51,908 bases of DNA from a virus. Its lineage: Duplodnaviria; Caudoviricetes. The position numbers and the translations under genes were made by a program. The notes beneath the pieces were generated by a model. It did no database searches. It worked only from the letters and a program-made list of their open reading frames with translations, and was not told where the DNA came from. The stretch covers positions 1-51,908 of IMG/VR virus record IMGVR_UViG_3300037631_003842; one strand, 5' to 3'. Of this stretch, positions 1 through 8,456 are shown one piece after another; position 1 is the stretch's first letter, and every line of letters begins with the position of its first letter.

Positions 1-5
1 GCAAC

Positions 6-239
6 TCATAGCATTTCTCCGTTCTCGTCTAAGTAATCTGCAACAACTTTAATAAGTTTAACTCTGCTGCTACTCCACTTTTCTACAACTCCGTCAGTCA
101 TAATCTCCCAAACCATTCCACCTCTTTTAGAGTCGAAATCGTGGCTGATAAATATAGAAGTTTTAGGTTTGTCTTTTGAGCCTTTAATCTTCCAAGTGAT
201 TAGCTCTCCGCCTTTACACATAAAAATAGGCATTGTCAT
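6..239 (-). CDS. hypothetical protein (77 aa)
   Basis: Start overlaps the stop of 239..1231 (TAATG coupling); no recognisable motif. Confidence 0.6.
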   Translation of the reverse strand: MTMPIFMCKGGELITWKIKGSKDKPKTSIFISHDFDSKRGGMVWEIMTDGVVEKWSSSRVKLIKVVADYLDENGEML

Positions 240-1231
240 TATAGTGCTCTCATTTCTACAGGATAGCTATTCCCGTTATATGTTATTGATGTTATTTTTG
301 TATCTGTTTTACTTATTAGTCCATCGTGGATAGATAAAATGGTATCACACTTTTCTTTTAACAGAGACATAATCTGTTGCTCGTGATAAGTAAAGAATTT
401 ATGTGGTGTATTGATTTTTACTGTTTTACCGTTATATTCAACTGAAGTGTATTGTGCTTTAACTCTTCTCTCAATCTCGAAGTGAAGTTTATCAAACCAT
501 TTAACTCCAAAGAAGTTTTCTTTTTTTGCTGTAAGATAGCAACGATATTTCTTTGCCATAGCATCATCACATTTAAAGTCTGACTTAATGCGGTCAATCA
601 AAACGTCTTTATTTTCAGGATGAAGTGCCCAAGCCATTTCTAAGTCGCAGTCTTTCATTCCTAATTGGTGAAAAGCTACTGTTGTGAATGCTGATTTTAA
701 ATCATACTCTGTGTATCCTTCAAATAGTTTTTCACGTTCTGCTTTTTTCTTAGCTTGTAATGGATTATATAGTCTAAAAGGTGAAGCTGTTGTGCCTGTA
801 TAATAATCTTGTAATAGATTACCTGTAATCTTACGAAGTTCTTCTGCGTTTTCTAACGGTGTTGTTGAGTGTGAATAGTTTTTAATTAGCTCTTCTGGCA
901 CAGCCAAATCTTTTGCATCATCAAGTAAAGTCTTAAATCCGGGTGTCCATCTTTTAATTGTCCGACATTTACCTTTTACCCATTCCCACTCTGTATTAGC
1001 AAACTCTAAAGCATATGAGAAAACACGTTGATAGGTTGTTCGGTGAATACCCATATTTTGTAAATGGGTTGTGCTGACAAACATATCGATATCATTATCA
1101 AGGTCTTTGTGCATAGTTGCTACGTGCTTAATAATGTAAAATGTATCGATTGCTTGTTTGCGTGGCTTACGTGTATATCCACCTAACTCTTTTAATCTAC
1201 CTACCAATTCTTCGTGTGTTGTTATTCTCAT
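239..1231 (-). CDS. small protein with family-A DNA polymerase / T7-RNAP-like palm motifs
   Basis: RLYNPLQ..K..R, motif A-like EYDLKSA, motif B-like AKKYRCY and motif C-like SIHDGL in the expected order; no exonuclease domain. Confidence 0.5.
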   Translation of the reverse strand: MRITTHEELVGRLKELGGYTRKPRKQAIDTFYIIKHVATMHKDLDNDIDMFVSTTHLQNMGIHRTTYQRVFSYALEFANTEWEWVKGKCRTIKRWTPGFKTLLDDAKDLAVPEELIKNYSHSTTPLENAEELRKITGNLLQDYYTGTTASPFRLYNPLQAKKKAEREKLFEGYTEYDLKSAFTTVAFHQLGMKDCDLEMAWALHPENKDVLIDRIKSDFKCDDAMAKKYRCYLTAKKENFFGVKWFDKLHFEIERRVKAQYTSVEYNGKTVKINTPHKFFTYHEQQIMSLLKEKCDTILSIHDGLISKTDTKITSITYNGNSYPVEMRAL

Positions 1232-1365
1232 TTTTTTTGTTGCTCAACTTATTGTTTGTATATATCTATATATCTAATAACATAGTAAAAAACCACATTT
1301 TGTTAAAATATTTTTAATTTTTTTTGTTATTTATATAGTATCATACTTAGATACAATTTACAAAA

Positions 1366-1578
1366 CTATTTGCAGCTGCAGCAATAATCATATACACCGT
1401 TATTATTTTGTCTCCTTGTGATTGTAATTGATTGCACGTTATGTGCTATGCCTATCCACTTAGGATGCATATAAATAGTGTAAGTGTCTCCCCACAAATC
1501 AAACATAAAAGGATTAATTTTCAGTTTTATGCTGATACATCCTAATAAGTGTCCGTCGATGTGGAGACAGATAGCCAT
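1366..1578 (-). CDS. hypothetical protein (70 aa)
   Basis: ATG overlaps the stop of the zinc-ribbon gene (TAATG). Confidence 0.4.
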   Translation of the reverse strand: MAICLHIDGHLLGCISIKLKINPFMFDLWGDTYTIYMHPKWIGIAHNVQSITITRRQNNNGVYDYCCSCK

Positions 1579-1853
1579 TATTTTTTATGCGTTTTGCTTG
1601 CTGAAGAGGATGTATAGGATGTTGTGGATTTAGCGGGTGCCATAGGTCGACCTTTTGCGTCTGTTGTCCCATAGCCGTTTTTAAACCACACGCCACCTTT
1701 TAAATGAAATGCTGGGAGGTGCATAGTCCGAGGTGCTACTTTATTACAAAGCGGGCAACATATTTCTTCATCTATTTCAGACATCTTACGTCTATCCTGA
1801 AATATTGTCATTTCACATTCTTCGTTATTACAGATTTGATTATAAAGTGCCAT
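1578..1853 (-). CDS. FmdB-family zinc ribbon protein
   Basis: MALYNQIC..EC...CPLC...PAFHLKGGVWFKNGY matches the FmdB CxxC-CxxC and FxLKGxGWY pattern; GGGGAG RBS precedes ATG at 1853. Confidence 0.8.
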   Translation of the reverse strand: MALYNQICNNEECEMTIFQDRRKMSEIDEEICCPLCNKVAPRTMHLPAFHLKGGVWFKNGYGTTDAKGRPMAPAKSTTSYTSSSASKTHKK

Positions 1854-1909
1854 TATATTCTCCCCGTAAATAGTGCTACCCAAGCGTATGTTGATAAGTC
1901 GTCATTCAT
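1853..1909 (-). CDS. putative 18-aa peptide MNDDLSTYAWVALFTGRI
   Basis: AGGAG RBS upstream; stop overlaps the FmdB start (TAATG); below the ORF-track length cutoff. Confidence 0.4.
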   Translation of the reverse strand: MNDDLSTYAWVALFTGRI

Positions 1910-1911
1910 TT

Positions 1912-2019
1912 TTACTCTCCTTGTATAAATCTATTGTTATGTTTAACTCTCCATCCGCAAGATTGCGCTATAGATAGAGTTGCTTCTAAGTCTTCTGGCG
2001 TTTCGCACCAGTGTGGCAT
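1912..2019 (-). CDS. putative 35-aa peptide (MPHWCETPEDL...)
   Basis: GGAGG RBS 7 nt before ATG at 2019; fills the gap after 2051..2806. Confidence 0.45.
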   Translation of the reverse strand: MPHWCETPEDLEATLSIAQSCGWRVKHNNRFIQGE

Positions 2020-2050
2020 TACTTCGCCTCCCTCTGTAATAATCTTAACT

Positions 2051-2806
2051 TCAGTTGGCGTTTGTATCTTCACTTGCGTTTTTACTGTCAATTTCCTGTT
2101 GCTTTTCATTTTCTTTCTCTTCTTCTGTGTCTTCACTTAGACTGGGCAACATTTTAGTGGCAAGTGTATCTCCTAACTCTTTAAGAGAATTTACGCTAAC
2201 GCCTAACTTTGCTGCTGCCTGAACTTGTATTTGTTTAGTATCAATATTATGAGTCTCAATCTGCCCTACAGCTAATGTGATTTGTTCTGCTCCTACTAAT
2301 CTACTTCTACGCGTATTAGTATCGCCTATAATTTTCAGATAAGATGGGACTTCTTTTGCTAATGGGTCTATTTGAATAAGCTGCCAGCAGAAGTCTGCTA
2401 TTCTCTCATTCTCTCCGTATAGCTGTTCTCTTCTAACGTTTACTTTGTTAGGAGTTAAATCGCTTTGCCATTCTTCTTTAATCTCTTGGATAAACTTATT
2501 CGCAGTAACGTGCGTTAATCCACAGATATCTCCTATCTTTCTGCTGCTTTTTACTCCCCTTACTAATAGTGTTTCTACTACATTTTTCCATCTTTCTTTA
2601 TCTCCACGTGAGAATGGTCCTTTAGTTTGAGATGGCACTTCGCAATCCCTGATAAATGAATGGACTTTGTCTGGATGTTGTAAAGGTGAAACGTAATCTT
2701 CTTTTTTAATGATTTCGCTTTTAGCTACTTTAGAAATCTTACTTGCTGCCTCTAAAGGTTTAGCGTCTGTTTCTAAATTTTCAGCTACTTTAATTTTATT
2801 ACTCAT
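2051..2806 (-). CDS. HTH protein, putative terminase small subunit
   Basis: HTH-like SSRKIGDICGLTHVTANKFI followed by helical RRSRLVG segment seen in phage TerS-like proteins; AGAGGA RBS before ATG 2806. Confidence 0.45.
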   Translation of the reverse strand: MSNKIKVAENLETDAKPLEAASKISKVAKSEIIKKEDYVSPLQHPDKVHSFIRDCEVPSQTKGPFSRGDKERWKNVVETLLVRGVKSSRKIGDICGLTHVTANKFIQEIKEEWQSDLTPNKVNVRREQLYGENERIADFCWQLIQIDPLAKEVPSYLKIIGDTNTRRSRLVGAEQITLAVGQIETHNIDTKQIQVQAAAKLGVSVNSLKELGDTLATKMLPSLSEDTEEEKENEKQQEIDSKNASEDTNAN

Positions 2807-2960
2807 TATGTGTTCCTCTTTAATAAATATATTCAATATGAAGAAATTATATAAAAACTGTAAAATAATTGTTAAATAAATAGAGCAGCGTGTGAGCCAT
2901 ATCTATCTACGATAGATATATACTCTGAGTGAGTATCTTTACAGCTATCGAATTGTAAAT

Positions 2961-2992
2961 AAAAAAAAGCCCAGAGGTTTTAAGTCTGGGCT
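2961..2992 (-). terminator. rho-independent terminator
   Basis: AGCCCAGA/TCTGGGCT stem followed by a T8 run on the minus strand, downstream of the GIY-YIG gene. Confidence 0.8.
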
Positions 2993-3035
2993 TAGTTCAA
3001 AGAAAGGACTTGCTAAAAGCAATATTGTTAGTTTA

Positions 3036-3962
3036 TTATGCGGTTTGAGTTTGTAAAGGCTTTTTATTTCTTTTGTTTGTCTTCATCTTGTTTGCTTTCC
3101 AGTTGCTGTCGATAATTGCGCCTTCCATACGAGGTGGTCTTCCTGCTATGAAGCCTTGTTGAATATAGTGCATTACGTTTTCTGTATTACTTTGTATCTG
3201 CTTCCAGTTTTGTCCTCTGCGATAGATGCTTTGGTTTGGGATGTGTATCCATAGTTTAGTGCTCTTTATCTCATAGCCTTTATTAAGATACTGAATAAGA
3301 TTAGATGTTGGGACTTGGAGTTCTTCGTATTGTCCTAATGTGTCTTTCCATACTGTTGTGAATTTTTGTTTTTCTACAACATTCTTCAGCGTGCCGTTCA
3401 TCCAGTGTGAGTTTAGGATGTCTTGAGCTGATATACCTTTAGCGAAGTTATCAAATGTGCTTAGTATTCTCTCTAATGCGTTATGATTACATTTAAAAGT
3501 CTTGCCGGTGTTTTTGCAGTGAAACATTTTCTTAGGCTCCTTAAAATGATTTGTTCCCCCTACAGCCATATTATAAGTGTCAGCCATTTTAAGATATGTT
3601 TCATCTACAATTTGTCTCTCTGCGATTTCAGTCTCATCACGTGTTTCATAGAAAGACATAAAGTGCTGCTCGAAGTTATGAATGCCTTTTTGAGCAACCA
3701 TATAACGAAGAAGAGTGCCGCTTCCAACATATTTTCTGAATTTGGAGAATGATGCTGTGTTAATCTTTCCCCAGTATTCAAAGCCATTAGTGCGGTCGAT
3801 TACTTTGTAAACGCAGTGTATCTTGTTGTCCTCAGAAATGTATTGGTCAAAGAGTGCCGAGATAGTTGTATCACATAGTGCTCGTCCATTGAAAAACTTT
3901 GCAATGTTGTTTGATGAAGAGCCGAATAAAATTTTTGATGTCTTGTTAGCTTTAGATGCCAT
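3036..3962 (-). CDS. GIY-YIG (Seg-like) homing endonuclease
   Basis: CVYKV..RTNGFEYWGK...YVGSG..L.....KG..NF...E....E......YNM..GG pattern of T4 Seg-type GIY-YIG domains. Confidence 0.75.
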   Translation of the reverse strand: MASKANKTSKILFGSSSNNIAKFFNGRALCDTTISALFDQYISEDNKIHCVYKVIDRTNGFEYWGKINTASFSKFRKYVGSGTLLRYMVAQKGIHNFEQHFMSFYETRDETEIAERQIVDETYLKMADTYNMAVGGTNHFKEPKKMFHCKNTGKTFKCNHNALERILSTFDNFAKGISAQDILNSHWMNGTLKNVVEKQKFTTVWKDTLGQYEELQVPTSNLIQYLNKGYEIKSTKLWIHIPNQSIYRRGQNWKQIQSNTENVMHYIQQGFIAGRPPRMEGAIIDSNWKANKMKTNKRNKKPLQTQTA

Positions 3963-4118
3963 TTTGTTTCTCCTTAAGAACCGTTGTTTATTTTCTTTAG
4001 TTTAGTTTTTTTGGTTCCTATTACTATATATACTACAACTTGAGAAACATCTCAATTTTTACAAAAAAAAATAAAAAAAGTTTTTGGAGTGCCTTTTGAG
4101 CTATCGAAAAGCGAATAC

Positions 4119-4146
4119 AAAAAAACCGAGGTTGTTCAGGCCTCGG
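4119..4146 (-). terminator. rho-independent terminator
   Basis: CCGAGG/CCTCGG stem plus T7 on the minus strand. Confidence 0.7.
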
Positions 4147-4315
4147 CTTCTCTGCGTTGTGCAAGTTAGAATACTTAAATCTACCAAACCTTCATCAGAA
4201 CTTTAAGAAAGATGACATAACATAACATCTTATTATAAGAATAACTTAAAGCTGAAAATTAGGATTAGGAGTTCAGGTAAAGATACTATAGACACCTTTT
4301 TAGTAATGTATAATT

Positions 4316-4825
4316 TTATTTTACTGAAATAGCAACTAATGTGCCTGTAAGTGATAGTATAACTGCTCCGCTTACCCACATAAGAGCTTTATTAAGATTT
4401 TCTTCTTTACCAAGTCTCGAATTTAAATCGTCTATAGTGTTTTTACGTTCTGTTAATTTATCTCTTAACTCTTTATTTATATCAGCACAATCTTTATCTT
4501 TCTGCACTAATTGTAAATCACAAGCAGCTCTTTCAGACTTAATAGAAAGGTCTATTCTTTTTTGTAAGTTATCTAATCTTTCTTTCATCTGGCCTAAATC
4601 TGACCTATAGACTAAATAGCCTGCAATAGGAGCAATAAGATTTGGTCTTGGCATAATCCATACTGTCAGCTCTAAATCACCGACCTTTAGTTTTTTCTTC
4701 TGGGGTGACCATACCATTGGTGCTTCAGATAAATCAAAGTTATTCTCTGTTTTTATTTCTTGCGCTGCTACTGTGTTTATACATAAAGTTAGAGAAAGTA
4801 AAACAGACATTATTTTAGAAATCAT
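4316..4825 (-). CDS. exported coiled-coil protein with C-terminal TM helix (possible spanin-like)
   Basis: N-terminal signal peptide, heptad coiled coil, C-terminal hydrophobic helix. Confidence 0.6.
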   Translation of the reverse strand: MISKIMSVLLSLTLCINTVAAQEIKTENNFDLSEAPMVWSPQKKKLKVGDLELTVWIMPRPNLIAPIAGYLVYRSDLGQMKERLDNLQKRIDLSIKSERAACDLQLVQKDKDCADINKELRDKLTERKNTIDDLNSRLGKEENLNKALMWVSGAVILSLTGTLVAISVK

Positions 4826-5186
4826 CGCAACGACCTGCCTCTCTACATTGACCTATGAGTGCGCAGACGTCTGAGCATTGCAAGAAGTCGTTTGCTGCCA
4901 TTTGTTGTTGTTTTGCGCTTTCAATTTCTTCTTCGCAAGTAAGTCTATCTGCATCTCTTTGTTCTCTTAATTGTTTAACACGAAGAGCATCTTTCTCTCC
5001 GAGCTTTTTTTGTTGTGAAACAATAGTTGCTTCTTCGCCTTCACATATTACAGACTTATCGACAGATTTTAGATTATATCCACCAATGACTGATAATGTG
5101 ATTGCTAAGAATAATATCATTGCTCTTTGTGCTTTTTCATTCTTGAGCAGGAGTAATACAATTTCTTGTGCTGTGTCTAAATTCAT
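4815..5186 (-). CDS. N-terminal TM plus coiled-coil protein (possible i-spanin-like)
   Basis: ATGA coupling to upstream gene at 5183-5186; TM AMILFLAITLSVIGGY; helical tail with cysteines. Confidence 0.55.
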   Translation of the reverse strand: MNLDTAQEIVLLLLKNEKAQRAMILFLAITLSVIGGYNLKSVDKSVICEGEEATIVSQQKKLGEKDALRVKQLREQRDADRLTCEEEIESAKQQQMAANDFLQCSDVCALIGQCREAGRCDDF

Positions 5187-5401
5187 TTCTTCTTCCTTTT
5201 GGTCTGTCTCAAATCTTTTTCGTATTGTAAAGATTTTTTTAGAGTTGTTGTGCAAGCTTCACGCATTTCACGAAGTTGTCTTCTTAAATCTCTACCTCTT
5301 GTGATTTTATTTTGTAAGCAAAACTCTTCTAAGTCTGCATTAGCTCTATTAATAATAGCAGTAATTTCTGCGAATGAGAGCATTAGTTCATCTTGTCTCA
5401 T
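5183..5401 (-). CDS. Hc1 / histone H1-like small helical DNA-binding protein
   Basis: ADLEEF...NK.TRGRDLRRQLREMRE resembles the Hc1 consensus (D.EKF..GNKAAG.R.RK.L.E.K). Confidence 0.5.
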   Translation of the reverse strand: MRQDELMLSFAEITAIINRANADLEEFCLQNKITRGRDLRRQLREMREACTTTLKKSLQYEKDLRQTKRKKK

Positions 5402-6051
5402 TTCTTCACCTTACTTAATGTTAGTCTATTATTAAACATTACTTTATAGTCTTCACCTTCGAATAGAACCTTTGTTCTGCTGATAATCTTAGATGTATGT
5501 AAAACTTCACCGTGTATGCTTAACCATCTTCTCAATATGATAGGTGTTATTTTCTTTTTATAACATCTTAGTTCTACGAGCAGCATACAAAAGAATGCAG
5601 AATATACTTGTTTTAACTCTGTTGAGCTTTCTTTCCATACATCTTTAACACCATAGTCTTTATATAGTTTTGAAACAGTGATACCAAGTATTGTTTCTGT
5701 CGTTTTATTAAATAAGTCTTTAAATAAGTCATCACCCAATTCAGATTTAAATTGAGAATAGACTTGTTCTTCCCACGTTAACTGCCTATCATTGGTATTA
5801 TTATTATTTTTAGAAGAAGATGGCTCCGCTTTTTCTGTTAACTGCCTATCAATGGTATTACTGTTATTTTTTAGGTGTTCTTCATAAGCACTTAGTAATT
5901 GTTCAGAGAATACATACTCATCTTTTACTTTATTAAAATATAAAGCATCGTGGTCTTTATCAAGCAGCTTCTTTGTTTCTTTAAGAGCAAGCCATTGTCC
6001 CGGTGCTTTACCTTGTTTATCGTGTTTGTTATACATTTCTTTTGCGTTCAT
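5398..6051 (-). CDS. KilA-N-like DNA-binding protein
   Basis: N-terminus MNAKEM...K.PGQWLALKETKKLL resembles KilA-N (NAT.M.K...K.P..WL.L..TK); contains an internal 20-aa repeat (NT.DRQLT). Confidence 0.5.
   Translation of the reverse strand: MNAKEMYNKHDKQGKAPGQWLALKETKKLLDKDHDALYFNKVKDEYVFSEQLLSAYEEHLKNNSNTIDRQLTEKAEPSSSKNNNNTNDRQLTWEEQVYSQFKSELGDDLFKDLFNKTTETILGITVSKLYKDYGVKDVWKESSTELKQVYSAFFCMLLVELRCYKKKITPIILRRWLSIHGEVLHTSKIISRTKVLFEGEDYKVMFNNRLTLSKVKK
5777..5860. repeat. dispersed motif, copies 1 and 2 (60-bp period)
   Basis: GTTAACTGCCTATCATTGGTATTA at 5777-5800 and GTTAACTGCCTATCAATGGTATTA at 5837-5860. Confidence 0.95.
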
Positions 6052-6060
6052 ATTTACTCC

Positions 6061-6450
6061 TTAAAACGGTTTAATCTTTTCGTCATCTGACATTAATTGG
6101 TGCGAATAACAATATTCATCGATGTTATAGAAACTATATTGACCCTTTAATACCTTCAGACCTCTTACTTGGTCATATGCTGCACTACGTTTTGTTGGTG
6201 TGCTGAAGATTTGTTCTTTATTAAGCATTGGAGGACAATGATAGAAAAACCATTTAATACTCTTAAAGTCATCTATCAGGTCTAAGACTATTGTAAATTC
6301 TTCCATTGGATAACAATAATCATTTAAATCTGTAATAACTTCTATTTTAATACAGAACTTTTCTTTAGCTGCTACAAATCTTCTAAATACATCTACAATT
6401 CTTACAGCATATCTACCATCTTCAAGTGATTTGACAAATATTTCGTTCAT
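6061..6450 (-). CDS. hypothetical protein
   Basis: ORF-track 6061..6483; likely ATG at 6450; co-oriented with the downstream operon. Confidence 0.6.
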   Translation of the reverse strand: MNEIFVKSLEDGRYAVRIVDVFRRFVAAKEKFCIKIEVITDLNDYCYPMEEFTIVLDLIDDFKSIKWFFYHCPPMLNKEQIFSTPTKRSAAYDQVRGLKVLKGQYSFYNIDEYCYSHQLMSDDEKIKPF

Positions 6451-6566
6451 ATAATATAACCTATAATATATACTAAATATCACTTATATTACTTTTTGAT
6501 AGTAATATCTAATATTTTTTTATATTTTATAAGTTATGAATACTAAGACGCTCGTAAAAAGAATAC

Positions 6567-6681
6567 AAAAAAAGGCTAAGCTGACAATCCATAGCCCCTG
6601 TATATATTCAGGAGTTGCGAAATTCCCGTAAGCACTAAATGCCCTGTTTAAGAGTGTGTGGCCGTGTTTGTCAGCTTAGCC
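6567..6681 (-). ncRNA. candidate structured small RNA (about 108 nt plus U tail)
   Basis: Perfect 14-bp inverted repeat GGCTAAGCTGACAA (6574-6587) / TTGTCAGCTTAGCC (6668-6681), internal hairpins, T7 tail on the minus strand, GC-rich island in an AT-rich gap. Confidence 0.55.
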
Positions 6682-6848
6682 ATATATACATATAAGATGT
6701 TTTGAAATCTTTTATTACAAATGTGGCAATAAAAAGCACATAAAGTAAAAACAAGCTATACTTATAGCAACAGCATCAGAATTTTTATATTTCATTTTTA
6801 ATACCTTTTTAAAGTTTTAGTTATATATATTATTAAAGGAGAGAATTT

Positions 6849-7229
6849 ATGACAAAAATTATTAAAGACAAAAACGAAGATTTACTTGAAGAAACAATAA
6901 GCAACTTTTTAGATGCATATCCTTGGTTTGAAAGACGTTTAAATAATATGGAGCAAGAGCATAGAGATGCTGTCGGGATTGTATTAGAAACACATCCTGC
7001 TTTGATGTTTCATTTAAAAAATGTTTTTGACAAAAATCTTGACGAATATGGATTTGACCTAAAAGAAGAAGGCCGTTGGTATATTACTCGTGAAGAATAT
7101 ACAATGTTTGGTATGTTAGCGATACCTTATGAAGGTGATGAATTGTGTTTAACAAACTATAAAAAAGGCAGTGGCATTATCGGATTAGACGGTGTCGAAA
7201 TAGATAGCACACAAAAACAAATTTTATAA
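6849..7229 (+). CDS. hypothetical protein
   Basis: AAGGAG RBS; 126-aa ORF. Confidence 0.7.
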   Translation: MTKIIKDKNEDLLEETISNFLDAYPWFERRLNNMEQEHRDAVGIVLETHPALMFHLKNVFDKNLDEYGFDLKEEGRWYITREEYTMFGMLAIPYEGDELCLTNYKKGSGIIGLDGVEIDSTQKQIL

Positions 7230-7424
7230 ATCAATCACAATCCCAATATCATCTTCAGGGTCCCTATCAACAGTGTCGATTATTATAACACGTTTAGCCT
7301 CTGTTTTATCTTCTTCCGGCTCTTTTGGTATTGGTTGAGGGACAGGTAACTCTAAAAACGGACGTTGTTCTGGATTATTTCTTTGTCTCTCTCTGATTTG
7401 TTCTATAATATATGCATCAAGCAT
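7224..7424 (-). CDS. small conserved protein of the Myxococcota-like MLDAYIIE...RPxLELP...RVIIID type
   Basis: AGGAGG RBS; pattern recalled from deltaproteobacterial small hypothetical proteins. Confidence 0.65.
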   Translation of the reverse strand: MLDAYIIEQIRERQRNNPEQRPFLELPVPQPIPKEPEEDKTEAKRVIIIDTVDRDPEDDIGIVIDL

Positions 7425-7467
7425 TTTTCAATCCTCCTAATATTAAATATAACAAAGGATAAGTATT

Positions 7468-8211
7468 ATGGTAAGAAAAACACAAAAAGGTTTAGCACAT
7501 ACAGTTAGAAGCTCGTTGACTGCTAATAAAGAAAATATGAAGAAAAGTGGCCGAAGGGCTCACAAAAATGGTCTCACGCTCGAAAAGGCAGTTGAAGCAT
7601 ATGGCAGACAACTGATAGAAGATGATAACTTTGAGATAGAGTTATATAGAAATCACGACGCAATGCAAAAGGCTCGAGGACGTGGTGGCAGACTTACAGC
7701 ATTTACAACTGGAGTTAGTCCTTGTGATTTTACATTCTTTTGCTCTACTAAAACTTTTGCTTGGGTTGAAGGTGGTATGATAGAAGCTAAAAGCAGACAA
7801 CGTAAAAGTATAAATAAATCTGCTCTATCTCACCATCAAAAAGAACAACTAATTCGTATGGAGAAGTTAGGTAAGTGTGGATTAGTTTTAGTTTCACTTA
7901 CTGATAGTAATGATGAGCCTATGTTTTTTATTGTGCCTATTACTCATTGGTATCGTGGCCAGAAAAAAAGTTTAAATATTGAAGATATGCACGCTATAGG
8001 TTATCTCTGCAAGACTGTATCTGTTTGGGATGATAATCAAAAAGAACATAAAGCTCCGGACATACTATCAGTCTTAAAGCAAATTGACGCAGATGATGGT
8101 TATAAAGATGTCCCTAAAAAATATAAAGATTTAAATGACAACAAGAAGCTTAAAAATCCAGTTTATTCAACAATAGATGAAGATTTTGAAGACATCTTAG
8201 ATGTTGACTAA
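7468..8211 (+). CDS. RecU-like Holliday junction resolvase (PD-(D/E)xK)
   Basis: G..LEK, PCDF, IEAKS and L..HQ...L......G..GLVLV motifs of the RecU family. Confidence 0.75.
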   Translation: MVRKTQKGLAHTVRSSLTANKENMKKSGRRAHKNGLTLEKAVEAYGRQLIEDDNFEIELYRNHDAMQKARGRGGRLTAFTTGVSPCDFTFFCSTKTFAWVEGGMIEAKSRQRKSINKSALSHHQKEQLIRMEKLGKCGLVLVSLTDSNDEPMFFIVPITHWYRGQKKSLNIEDMHAIGYLCKTVSVWDDNQKEHKAPDILSVLKQIDADDGYKDVPKKYKDLNDNKKLKNPVYSTIDEDFEDILDVD

Positions 8212-8456
8212 TGAGAAAGCGCCAAAAAAGTTATCGTATTCCTGATAAGCTTCCTAAACTTAGACGTTTGCCTAAAGTTGCAGAGCTTTTATATATACAA
8301 GACTTAGATGGTGAAATCTTTCCTGTAATTATTTTAGAAATAGTTTATGCGCAAACAAAAAAAGGCAAAAATACTAAAAAAGTAATTGCCGTTAATGTTT
8401 TAAGTGGTCATACTATTTATAACTGTATGCCACACGATTTAAAGTCTATGGATTAG
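8211..8456 (+). CDS. hypothetical protein
   Basis: TAATG coupling with the resolvase gene. Confidence 0.6.
   Translation: MRKRQKSYRIPDKLPKLRRLPKVAELLYIQDLDGEIFPVIILEIVYAQTKKGKNTKKVIAVNVLSGHTIYNCMPHDLKSMD

Noticed and set aside
3036-3962. Group I intron hosting the GIY-YIG gene
   Set aside because: The gene has its own RBS and terminator, and the flanking ORFs do not look like halves of one split gene; treated as free-standing.
5777-5860. Mini-CRISPR or type I-F repeat mimic (GTTAACTGCC start and 60-bp period recall I-F arrays)
   Set aside because: The repeat lacks the internal CTGCC/GGCAG hairpin needed by Cas6f, there are only two copies per locus, one pair is in frame in a CDS, and no cas genes are present; kept only as an unexplained repeat.
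6574-6681. tRNA or IS/MITE end
   Set aside because: No T-loop or anticodon arm pattern and no CCA; no transposase or target-site duplication seen.
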